Shown here: one piece after another, positions 7,153 through 14,684 of the stretch
How the letters are laid out: every line of letters begins with the position of its first letter
Numbering within the stretch: position 1 is the stretch's first letter
IMG/VR virus record: IMGVR_UViG_3300017913_001667
Span: 1 to 26,111 of that record
Reading direction: 5' to 3' (one strand)
Origin: a virus
Taxonomy: Duplodnaviria; Caudoviricetes
DNA length: 26,111 nucleotides
Notes under the pieces: generated by a model
Databases searched by the model: none
Told to the model about the DNA's origin: nothing
What the model saw: only the letters and a program-made list of their open reading frames with translations
Program-made: the position numbers and the translations under genes

Positions 7153-8016
7153 GTGAATTTATCAGAAATATATTTAGGCAAATTAAAAGTCCAACTGACC
7201 AAGCTAAGTAACGGGGAAACCCTGCCTTACGACGATCAGTGGATCGAAGACGCCGGCGAAATGTTCAAAGCCGCTCTTCGCAAACAACTCTCCCCGCCCG
7301 AAAAAGACTTCCGTATTCGGATGTCCAATCTAGGCCGGCCTGTCTGCCAACTCCAGAGGGAGAAAGCAGGCGAAGAAAAAGAACCTATGCCCTATAACCA
7401 TATCGTCCGAATGATGCTGGGCGATGCGGTTGAGTGCATCATGGAGGTTCTGCTCCGTGTAGCCGGTTTGGAAATTACCGGGGGCAAGGAAGAAGCCGAG
7501 CTTGAGATCCACGGACAGACCGTCCGGGGTGAAAACGATATTGAGATCGAAGGCCGTGTTTACGATACCAAGAGCAGCAGTCCGTGGGCATTTACTCACA
7601 AATGGACTGAGGGCTGGAGTGGTATCGCCAGAGACGACGCTTTTGGTTACGCTGCCCAGTTGTGGGGATACGCTACCGGGACAGGCAAGCCACAGGGCGG
7701 CTGGATCGTGGTTAACAAATCTACGGGTGAAATCAATATCGTAGAGGCCGATCCCAGCCCTACTCAGTTAGAGCAGCTTGAGACCTTTATTCAAGAGAAC
7801 GTTAAGACCATTGCGTCAGACCGTCCTCTCACTCGCTGCTTTGAGCCGACGACTGAGCTTTTCCGTGGAAACCCCACCGGGAATAAGCGTCTGCACACTA
7901 CCTGCACGTTTTGCAACTTCCGCGCCTCCTGTTGGCCAGACGCAGTGTACCGGCCTCAGGGTGGCTCTAAAGCAGCCAGCCCGAGACATTACTGGTACTC
8001 GAAGTATGTCGAATAA
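7153..8016 (+). CDS. PD-(D/E)XK exonuclease, Cas4/AddB-like, with a putative Fe-S cysteine set (alternative start 7147)
   Basis: GENDIEIEGRVYDTKSS, QLWGY, N-terminal RPVC and C-terminal CTFCNFRASC (CxxC-x5-C). Confidence 0.82.
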   Translation: MNLSEIYLGKLKVQLTKLSNGETLPYDDQWIEDAGEMFKAALRKQLSPPEKDFRIRMSNLGRPVCQLQREKAGEEKEPMPYNHIVRMMLGDAVECIMEVLLRVAGLEITGGKEEAELEIHGQTVRGENDIEIEGRVYDTKSSSPWAFTHKWTEGWSGIARDDAFGYAAQLWGYATGTGKPQGGWIVVNKSTGEINIVEADPSPTQLEQLETFIQENVKTIASDRPLTRCFEPTTELFRGNPTGNKRLHTTCTFCNFRASCWPDAVYRPQGGSKAASPRHYWYSKYVE

Positions 8017-8146
8017 GGTCCTGTGTTCAATGTGTAAATCTAAGCCCGCTGTCATCATCGATAAGAGTTTTCATTTCTGTTCTTCCTGTGCCCTGCAGAG
8101 GCTTGAGAACCAAAAGAAAACGAGGAGTCCCCGTGGCAAAGCGTAG
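8006..8146 (+). CDS. Small zinc-finger protein, 46 aa
   Basis: Internal ATG of track ORF 7778..8146 gives MSNKVLCSMC...FCSSCAL (two CxxC pairs). It bridges the exonuclease and endonuclease genes with short overlaps. Confidence 0.6.
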   Translation: MSNKVLCSMCKSKPAVIIDKSFHFCSSCALQRLENQKKTRSPRGKA

Positions 8147-8579
8147 TACCCGTTGGAGAGCCCTGAGAGCCGGCTACAAGTCCGGAATAGAGAAGGACGT
8201 AGCCGATCAAATCCGTAGGGCCGGTAAGGACGTACAGTATGAGCCTTTTAAAATCCCATACGTTATCCCAGAAAGCGATCACCACTATACCCCGGACTAC
8301 GTCTTGCCGAATGGGATAGTGATCGAGACCAAGGGCCGTTTTCTATTAGCAGACCGTAAAAAACATATTCTTATCAAGGAACAATACCCTGACCTTGATC
8401 TTCGGTTTGTCTTCAGTCGCAGCAATGGAAAGCTGCGCAAAGGGTCCAAAACAACCTATGCCACGTGGTGTGAAAAACAAGGCTTTCTGTATGCCGACAC
8501 GCTGATCCCGGCGGATTGGTTGAAAGAGAAGAAGAACACAAAATCCCTGAAACTTATAAAGCTGTTTGGTGAAAAATAA
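8133..8579 (+). CDS. T7 endonuclease I-like Holliday junction resolvase
   Basis: YKSGIE, YTPDYVLPNGIVIETKGRF, DRKKH, LRFVF, TTYATWC; GAGGAG RBS before GTG 8133. Confidence 0.93.
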   Translation: MAKRSTRWRALRAGYKSGIEKDVADQIRRAGKDVQYEPFKIPYVIPESDHHYTPDYVLPNGIVIETKGRFLLADRKKHILIKEQYPDLDLRFVFSRSNGKLRKGSKTTYATWCEKQGFLYADTLIPADWLKEKKNTKSLKLIKLFGEK

Positions 8580-8917
8580 TGAGCGACGAGGACGATAAGA
8601 GACTGCCAATAAATGGCTTTTATATAGAGGTTGGTAGTCACGAAGAAGGTGAACTTTATTTCGGGGCTTCAGAAGATTTCTTCAACGACGCAGATGAAGA
8701 ATTTAAGGACTGGATGAGGAACCTGCTGTACGGACTGTACTTTGCTGTTTCTGCCCTTCCAGATGAACTGTTGAGCTACGGTGCTGCGCTTAGACGTCAG
8801 GACGATTTTGAAGAGTTTGCCCGTAAGAGCGACGAAAAAACCCATTATACAGACAACATCTTCCAGTTCCCGGTGTTTGAAAAAACCGAACCGGACGATG
8901 ACGATACGGTACATTGA
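8579..8917 (+). CDS. Hypothetical acidic protein
   Basis: TAATG coupling to the upstream gene; fills the operon gap. Confidence 0.75.
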   Translation: MSDEDDKRLPINGFYIEVGSHEEGELYFGASEDFFNDADEEFKDWMRNLLYGLYFAVSALPDELLSYGAALRRQDDFEEFARKSDEKTHYTDNIFQFPVFEKTEPDDDDTVH

Positions 8918-8918
8918 T

Positions 8919-9239
8919 ATGGCTACTGCACACTTTCCCCCATTTGAAAACGTAGACGATATAGAACCGGGCCGAGTAGTTGAGTACGACCGACCCCATG
9001 ATCGGTCTAAGACAGCCAGCGATGGCGGGTCTACGGAATATTACGAACTCCCTGCGCATGCCACGGAGCTTCGGCATTTAATTAGTCACAAAGGCATGAG
9101 TAAGTCCCGTGGGGATATTTTTAAGGCCTGCTACAGGCTGGGCGAAAAGCAGGGAGTGGATGCGCTCTACGACCTGAATAAGATGAAGTTTTTTATCGAA
9201 GATTTAATCGAAATGTATGGACGAGGAGAGCATCTTTAA
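8919..9239 (+). CDS. DUF3310 / T7 gp1.7-like protein (possible nucleotide kinase)
   Basis: DGGSTEYY, GDIFKACYRLGEK and YDLNKMKFF pattern. Start moved to ATG 8919, right after the upstream stop. Confidence 0.6.
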   Translation: MATAHFPPFENVDDIEPGRVVEYDRPHDRSKTASDGGSTEYYELPAHATELRHLISHKGMSKSRGDIFKACYRLGEKQGVDALYDLNKMKFFIEDLIEMYGRGEHL

Positions 9240-9574
9240 TGACGCAAATGACATTTAATGAGTTTCAGGAACTGAGTTCTGAGACTGCTATTTACGACCC
9301 GCGTTGGGCCTTGATGTACCCAGCCCTTGGGTTTGCCGGAGAAGCCGGCGAAGTCTGCAACAAAGTGAAGAAAGTATTCCGGGATGATGGCGGCCACTGT
9401 ACTGCAGAAGTCCGGGAGTCTCTGGCGAAGGAACTGGGAGACTGCCTTTGGTATCTGTCGGCTTTGGCTACAGATCTTGATCTCAAGCTGGATGATATCG
9501 CCCGCGGTAACCGGGACAAATTGGACTCTCGAAAAGAGAGAGGCGTGCTAGGCGGGAGTGGAGACAATCGATGA
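9239..9574 (+). CDS. mazG: MazG-like nucleotide pyrophosphohydrolase
   Basis: LGFAGEAGEV...KELGDCLWY...KLDSRKERGVLGGSGDNR, a typical single-domain phage MazG. Confidence 0.93.
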   Translation: MTQMTFNEFQELSSETAIYDPRWALMYPALGFAGEAGEVCNKVKKVFRDDGGHCTAEVRESLAKELGDCLWYLSALATDLDLKLDDIARGNRDKLDSRKERGVLGGSGDNR

Positions 9575-11532
9575 AAACTCAACCATTTGTGTCGGACTAC
9601 GAAGAGTTCATTTATAAGAGCCGCTACGCACGCTGGAACGGGGAACGCCGGGAAGACTGGCCAGAGACCGTAGACCGTTATTTCGACTTCATGCTTTCGT
9701 CCGTAAAAGAAAAACACGGCTATACAATCGACAAGAAGACCGAGCAGGAACTGCGCGATGCAGTCCTCAATCTCGATGTAGTTCCTTCTATGCGCGCCCT
9801 GATGACTGCCGGGCCGGCCTTGGAGCGTGACAATACTGCAGGATACAATTGTGCCTATTTGGCTGTAGACGACCCAAAGGCTTTTGATGAAGCCATGTTT
9901 ATCCTGCTTTGCGGCACTGGGGTAGGCTTCAGCGTAGAAGAAGTCCACATCAAGAATCTGCCAGACGTCCCGGATCGCATCTTCCCTTCAGAGACTGTCA
10001 TTCACGTACGAGATTCAAAGGAGGGCTGGGCCAAGGCTCTCAGACAGCTTCTGGCGTTACTGTGGAGCGGAGAGTCCCCAAGATGGGATGTGTCCCGTGT
10101 CCGACCCGCAGGGGAACGGCTAAAGACTTTTGGAGGCCGGGCATCAGGACCAGAGCCTCTGGTTGAACTGTTTAACTTCGTGGTCAAGGTATTCAGCAAC
10201 GCACAGGGCCGTAAGCTGACTTCCTTAGAGTGCCATGACATAATGACTTATATCGCGAGGGTCATTGTAGTCGGAGGGGTTCGTCGAAGTGCGATGATCT
10301 CTCTGAGTGACCTTGGCGATGACCGCATGCGCCACTGTAAGTCTGGACGTTGGTTTGATGAAGACCCCCAGCGCGCCTTAGCCAATAACTCCGCCTGCTA
10401 TAACGACAAGCCCGACATGGAGACGTTTATCCGTGAGTGGCTTTCTCTGATCGAGTCCAAGTCTGGTGAGCGCGGGATCTTCAACCGCCAAGCCTCTACC
10501 AAGCAAGTTAGCAAGTATGACATGCGCAACCCCAATTACATGTGGGGCACGAACCCGTGCAGTGAGATCATCCTGCGGGGTCCTCGCTTGGACGACAAGG
10601 GACACCCGGTCACCGGTACTGGGGGCCAGTTCTGTAACCTGTCTGAGGTCATTGTACGGGCAGGGGACAGCCTAGAGACCCTGAAGCACAAAGTTAAGAT
10701 GGCTACGATACTGGGCACGCTACAAAGCACTCTGACGCACTTCCCGTACCTGCGTAAGGTATGGCAGCGGAACACAGAGGAAGAGCGCCTGCTCGGTGTT
10801 AGCCTGACTGGCATCATGGACCACGGTTCTCTGTCTAGCGTCAAAAACGCTCCCAAGTGGCTGAACGAGATGCGGACGGTCTGTGAGGATGTGAATAAGG
10901 AGTTTGCTGAAGCAATCGGTATCGAAACCTCCAAGGCCATGACTTGCGTCAAGCCTTCCGGGACGGTCTCTCAGCTTGTAGACAGCGCCTCTGGTATTCA
11001 TACCCGGCACAATCCTTATTACATACGGACTGTCCGCGGAGACAAGAAGGACCCCCTGACCCAGTTTATGATCGATCAGGGAATCCCGGCAGAGGACGAT
11101 CAGTTCAACCCGAGCAGCACGACCGTGTTCAGCTTTCCTAAGAAGGCGCCTACTGGAGCTATCTGCAGAATGGACTTGTCCGCGGTTGAGCAGCTAGAGC
11201 TATGGCTGGCGTATCAAGAACACTGGTGCCATCACAAGCCCTCCGTGACTATCTCGGTCAAACAGAATGAATGGCTGGCTGTAGGGGCATGGGTGTACGA
11301 GAACTTTGATGCTATCAGTGGCATTAGCTTCCTGCCATTCTTCGACCACGTGTATCCTCAGGCTCCGTATCAGGACTGCTCTCAGGAAGAGTACGAAGAG
11401 GCCCAGAAGGCTATGCCGAAGAAGATCGACTGGACAGCCTTGGCTGCGTACGAACAGGAAGACAATACGGTAAGCTCTCAGACACTGGCCTGTACCGGCA
11501 CTTCCTGTGAAATAGTCGATATATCGAACTGA
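9571..11532 (+). CDS. nrdJ: Class II (adenosylcobalamin-dependent) ribonucleotide reductase, monomeric-type
   Basis: PSMRAL, GYNC, GTGVGFS, VVGGVRRSA, TNPCSEI, QFCNL, CVKPSGTVS and C-terminal CTGTSC. No ATP cone and no NrdB/NrdF gene nearby. Confidence 0.9.
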   Translation: MKTQPFVSDYEEFIYKSRYARWNGERREDWPETVDRYFDFMLSSVKEKHGYTIDKKTEQELRDAVLNLDVVPSMRALMTAGPALERDNTAGYNCAYLAVDDPKAFDEAMFILLCGTGVGFSVEEVHIKNLPDVPDRIFPSETVIHVRDSKEGWAKALRQLLALLWSGESPRWDVSRVRPAGERLKTFGGRASGPEPLVELFNFVVKVFSNAQGRKLTSLECHDIMTYIARVIVVGGVRRSAMISLSDLGDDRMRHCKSGRWFDEDPQRALANNSACYNDKPDMETFIREWLSLIESKSGERGIFNRQASTKQVSKYDMRNPNYMWGTNPCSEIILRGPRLDDKGHPVTGTGGQFCNLSEVIVRAGDSLETLKHKVKMATILGTLQSTLTHFPYLRKVWQRNTEEERLLGVSLTGIMDHGSLSSVKNAPKWLNEMRTVCEDVNKEFAEAIGIETSKAMTCVKPSGTVSQLVDSASGIHTRHNPYYIRTVRGDKKDPLTQFMIDQGIPAEDDQFNPSSTTVFSFPKKAPTGAICRMDLSAVEQLELWLAYQEHWCHHKPSVTISVKQNEWLAVGAWVYENFDAISGISFLPFFDHVYPQAPYQDCSQEEYEEAQKAMPKKIDWTALAAYEQEDNTVSSQTLACTGTSCEIVDISN

Positions 11533-11540
11533 GGTGTCCC

Positions 11541-11747
11541 GTGCTTTCCAAGATGAAAAACAAGGAAGAGATCCGGAAAAAGATTAATGCTGATATGGCC
11601 GCCTACCTAAAGAAGGGCGGCACTATCACTGAGATCCCTTTGGGAGAGTCTGCAGATCCCTTCATGCTCTCCATATCCCCAGCTAAGTTTAGGATCAGCT
11701 ATTCCAGTGATCCTAAGTGGCTGACTGCTCCGAAAGTTAAGAAATGA
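11541..11747 (+). CDS. Small protein resembling the SutA RNA-polymerase-binding domain
   Basis: EEIRKKINADMAAYLKKGGTITEIPLGES fits the helix-(F/Y)LxxGGx(I/V)xxI pattern; GAGGTG RBS. Confidence 0.6.
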   Translation: MLSKMKNKEEIRKKINADMAAYLKKGGTITEIPLGESADPFMLSISPAKFRISYSSDPKWLTAPKVKK

Positions 11748-12466
11748 AAGGGGAGTTGCTAGGCCTCAACCCGCTGTACTTCTACAAGGTTCCTCTCGGC
11801 CTCTCTAAAGAGTGCCGACAGAGCCTGACCGAAGTGGTTGATGCCTTGGTTGAGAAGGAGTCCGAGAACTTCGACTCCTTCGGCCAGACTGCTTGGCTAG
11901 GTGATATCAATGCTTCCGGGGACTTCAACGAGGTCCCTGAGATGAAGCCTCTGCTGCAGCGTCTTCCCTTTGCGCTGGGAGAGTACTTTGAAGCCATGGG
12001 CCTGAACGCCAATAAGTTTCAAGCGTATATCACCCGGTGCTGGCCGGCCTACCAGACCGTAGGACAAGACATTCAGATTCACCGCCATATGCAGAGTAAT
12101 ATCAGCGGCGTGTACTATCTGGATGTTCCGGACCACTCCGGGGACTTCACCTTCTTCTTCTATGACGTCCAGAGCGAGTTCATACCCGGACTGTATTCGA
12201 CCCCGGAGCATCTTGAGAGAGGTGTCCTGAGAAGCTGGAGCCCCATGAGAGCCACGGAGGTGCCTATTAAGATGTCAGAGGACCAACTCCTCCTATTCCC
12301 CTCTAAAACGCTTCACAGGGTCTCTGAGAGCAAGAATACGCAATCGCCCCGGCTGTCCATAGCCTTCGATATCAATATCACCCTCAAATCCTCTGACAAA
12401 CAGGAGACTGGCATGCCTCCTTTAAATAAGTGGCAGGGGATTGATGTCCTGTCCAAAGAGGATTAG
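11744..12466 (+). CDS. Putative 2OG-Fe(II) oxygenase, TIGR02466-like
   Basis: IHRHMQSNISGVYYL, LLLFPSKTLHRV and RLSIAFDI. Confidence 0.85.
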   Translation: MKGELLGLNPLYFYKVPLGLSKECRQSLTEVVDALVEKESENFDSFGQTAWLGDINASGDFNEVPEMKPLLQRLPFALGEYFEAMGLNANKFQAYITRCWPAYQTVGQDIQIHRHMQSNISGVYYLDVPDHSGDFTFFFYDVQSEFIPGLYSTPEHLERGVLRSWSPMRATEVPIKMSEDQLLLFPSKTLHRVSESKNTQSPRLSIAFDINITLKSSDKQETGMPPLNKWQGIDVLSKED

Positions 12467-12554
12467 AATCACAGAACTCATTGCTAGTGGGTGCGTCCCC
12501 ATCGCCGTCTAACCAGCGGGTCAAACGGTGGGGACATTTCATTTCCGGAGATGT

Positions 12555-12848
12555 ATGAACAAGAAGCCTCTCCAAAAGGCCCTGACCCCTGACTACCCCC
12601 TAGTTGAAATCACGTGGGGTGACGCTTGGGCCGACACCGAAGAACTCTCCCCCCAAGACTTCTCCCGCCTTACCCCGGTTTACCGCACTACGGTTGGATA
12701 CCTTATGCACGCTGACGATATGGGCTACAGCCTGTGCAGTGACGTCATCGAGTACAAGGGCGAGGCCGTATGCCAAGGGACCATGTACGTGCCCACCGGG
12801 ATGGTGATAGCCGTTCGATATTTGAAACGGTCCAATATCCGAAAATAA
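12555..12848 (+). CDS. Hypothetical phage protein
   Basis: GGAG RBS before ATG 12555; LVEITWGDA...TVGYL...MYVPTGMV pattern of a common small phage protein family. Confidence 0.75.
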   Translation: MNKKPLQKALTPDYPLVEITWGDAWADTEELSPQDFSRLTPVYRTTVGYLMHADDMGYSLCSDVIEYKGEAVCQGTMYVPTGMVIAVRYLKRSNIRK

Positions 12849-12859
12849 CTTTTTAAAAT

Positions 12860-12980
12860 TTTTTTTGCCCCAGTGTTTATGCGGGCTCCAGCCTGATAAA
12901 TCGTCTTTTTCGCGTCGTTTAAGCCTATAAATATAGGTGTCAAGCTTTTTTTGCCTCTAGAGTTTATGCGGCCTCCAGCC
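12860..12980. repeat. Imperfect direct repeat pair, 34-35 bp, in AT-rich intergenic DNA
   Basis: T7-GCC...GTTTATGCGGGCTCCAGCC (12860-12893) and T7-GCC...GTTTATGCGGCCTCCAGCC (12946-12980); the 19-bp cores match 18/19. Confidence 0.8.
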
Positions 12981-13030
12981 CGGTTTTACCCCTGTTTTCG
13001 GGGGTTTCGTCAAAATCCCAAAAACCCGTT

Positions 13031-13039
13031 TGATATAAT
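13031..13039 (+). promoter_or_regulatory. Extended -10 promoter
   Basis: Perfect TGnTATAAT, 17 nt upstream of an AGGAGG RBS; no good -35. Confidence 0.65.
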
Positions 13040-13067
13040 GTCCGTGACATTTGAGCAGGAGGTCCCA

Positions 13068-13343
13068 ATGGACAAACTACAAAAAGACGTACTGAAGATT
13101 AGACGCAAGGCACTGGAGCAGAACTGGCCTCCAGTCTTCTATTACAACGCTGGTTGGAGACCGGGCTACCTGAAGCTCAAGGGACGCAAGTGGCTTCACA
13201 TCGTCTCACTGAGCCCTGAGGGCACGATCAAGACAAAGAGGTACCTACCCAACCTAGTGAAGGAGTTCGACCCTGAGAGCTTCGACAGATGCTACTCAGT
13301 GGACGCACGATGGGAACGCAAGAGAAAGGCTAAACACGGTTAA
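13068..13343 (+). CDS. Hypothetical basic protein, 91 aa
   Basis: AGGAGG RBS 5 nt before ATG 13068. The track's upstream extension runs through the repeats and promoter. Confidence 0.75.
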   Translation: MDKLQKDVLKIRRKALEQNWPPVFYYNAGWRPGYLKLKGRKWLHIVSLSPEGTIKTKRYLPNLVKEFDPESFDRCYSVDARWERKRKAKHG

Positions 13344-13359
13344 TACAGGAGAACTAGCA

Positions 13360-13827
13360 ATGACAGTAACTAAGCAGCAAGAGAAGCAGGTAAAGCAGAT
13401 GGTCCGAAAGTGCATGAACCATCTGAAGAAGAAGGACTACGAGCTAGGCATCGACAAGGCCGATGTGGAGCACGCTCTCCGGGTCACTCGCGTAGTGCAT
13501 AAGAACAGGAACGGGGCGACATACGCTGGCAGTCACGTTATCCAGATCAACCTCAACTATTGGCAGCACAGGGCACTGCCTCGATTCCAGAAGGAATACG
13601 ATGCGTTCGATAAGTGTCCAGTGATTGGGGGCAGGAGGGTTGAGACGGCAGAGCAGGCGCTCTGGATAACCGTGGCCCATGAAGTGTCTCATCACGTGCA
13701 GCACTCCAAGGGACCAACGTGCCGCTGGCTCAAGAAGCACTACAGGAAGTCTCACGGCCGGGGCTTCAGGGAGATCTACTCGATACTCCGGTCACAGATC
13801 GTGAACCCAATGCTGCCCCCTTTGTAG
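13360..13827 (+). CDS. SprT-like zinc metallopeptidase
   Basis: HExxH (AHEVSHH) followed by HGRGF (SprT HGxxF motif); AGGAG RBS. Confidence 0.75.
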   Translation: MTVTKQQEKQVKQMVRKCMNHLKKKDYELGIDKADVEHALRVTRVVHKNRNGATYAGSHVIQINLNYWQHRALPRFQKEYDAFDKCPVIGGRRVETAEQALWITVAHEVSHHVQHSKGPTCRWLKKHYRKSHGRGFREIYSILRSQIVNPMLPPL

Positions 13828-13833
13828 GGGCAG
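13813..13833. terminator. GC-rich hairpin at the convergence of the two arms
   Basis: CTGCCCC-7 nt-GGGGCAG overlapping the SprT-like stop; lacks a clear U-tract on either strand. Confidence 0.3.
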
Positions 13834-13852
13834 TTGGGGGAGAGGAGCAGGT

Positions 13853-13972
13853 TCAGAAAATCAAACCTACCAGTATGATCACACCAATCAAGGCAACCGC
13901 AACTGTACCTGCCTGTGCTTCAGTCATTGTTTGAACTTGCTCTCGAACTATCCTTCCAATCGCTTTAATCAT
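13853..13972 (-). CDS. Small membrane protein, 39 aa (below the ORF-track size range)
   Basis: MIKAIGRIVREQVQTMTEAQAGTVAVALIGVIILVGLIF; ATG 1 nt after the upstream stop; one C-terminal TM helix. Confidence 0.6.
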   Translation of the reverse strand: MIKAIGRIVREQVQTMTEAQAGTVAVALIGVIILVGLIF

Positions 13973-13973
13973 T

Positions 13974-14456
13974 TTATTTCACCACTTCGTTATAAAAAAC
14001 ACCGCCACCGATAAGTGCGGCAAGTCCTATAGCTATGATTGCACAAATTGTCAGAGCATCGAGCATCGCTGCCCGGTTCTCTGCCTTACGCCGTGCTTCC
14101 AGTACTCTTGCCCGGCGAAGTCGTTTGATCTCTTCTTGATAGTCTTCGTACCAAGGCATGTTCCCGGTATACAAGAAAAGCTCTCGAAGCTCCGCCTCGG
14201 CCTCATCCAGTTTCTTCTTCTGGAGAGTGATGGCTAAGGCCTGCCCCTTGATTGAGTCTGACCCGAACGTCTTGGCCAGTAGACTGGGATTGCTTGCCTG
14301 CTGACTGGCCTCCATGAGCTTGTCCTTCGCATCGAAGAACTTCGACATACGGCTGGCAGCCAGTGCAATGTCGTGGCCCTCATGGAGGATCTTCTTGACT
14401 GTACTTGCAGCGGCAAGGCCAGCATTAACTGTCGCAATTATTGAAGCCGGGTCCAC
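13974..14456 (-). CDS. Hypothetical helical protein with a C-terminal TM segment
   Basis: AGGAG 6 nt before GTG 14456 (track start 14462); hydrophobic C-terminus. Confidence 0.75.
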   Translation of the reverse strand: MDPASIIATVNAGLAAASTVKKILHEGHDIALAASRMSKFFDAKDKLMEASQQASNPSLLAKTFGSDSIKGQALAITLQKKKLDEAEAELRELFLYTGNMPWYEDYQEEIKRLRRARVLEARRKAENRAAMLDALTICAIIAIGLAALIGGGVFYNEVVK

Positions 14457-14465
14457 GGGCAACTC

Positions 14466-14684
14466 CTACGTGTAGATCTTTCTGGCTGGGTCCTCCTCGG
14501 GATTGTGCAACTGAGGTACACAATACGCCGTGACGTTCGGCCCAACGCTGGGAGAAAGATGCTGGCTATTCAGCCTCCCAGCAAAATAACGACATCTGTC
14601 GATGCTGTAGAACGACATGTCTTCTGATACGATCTCGCCATCCACGGCGACGATCAGTATGAAAATGTGGAAGGCTTGAAGCAT
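14466..14684 (-). CDS. Hypothetical protein, 72 aa
   Basis: TAATG-coupled to the upstream gene; hydrophobic N-terminal strand and two Cys (DRC, AYCVP). Confidence 0.7.
   Translation of the reverse strand: MLQAFHIFILIVAVDGEIVSEDMSFYSIDRCRYFAGRLNSQHLSPSVGPNVTAYCVPQLHNPEEDPARKIYT

Noticed and set aside
4015-11532. Inteins or introns in PolA or RNR
   Set aside because: Both ORFs are uninterrupted and of normal length, with no intein terminal or homing-endonuclease motifs.
12915-12943. Leftward sigma70 promoter (perfect TTGACA on the minus strand at 12943-12938)
   Set aside because: No convincing -10 at 16-18 nt spacing and no credible minus-strand gene downstream; an antisense promoter cannot be fully excluded.
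390-12943. Minus-strand ORFs antisense to the replication arm (e.g. 6243..6827, 9292..9948, 10536..10952) and + strand alternative-frame ORFs
   Set aside because: They lie over well-supported genes and lack RBSs or motifs; they are shadow ORFs.
12860-12980. Mini CRISPR array (given the Cas4-like gene)
   Set aside because: Only two imperfect, non-palindromic units, and no cas operon.
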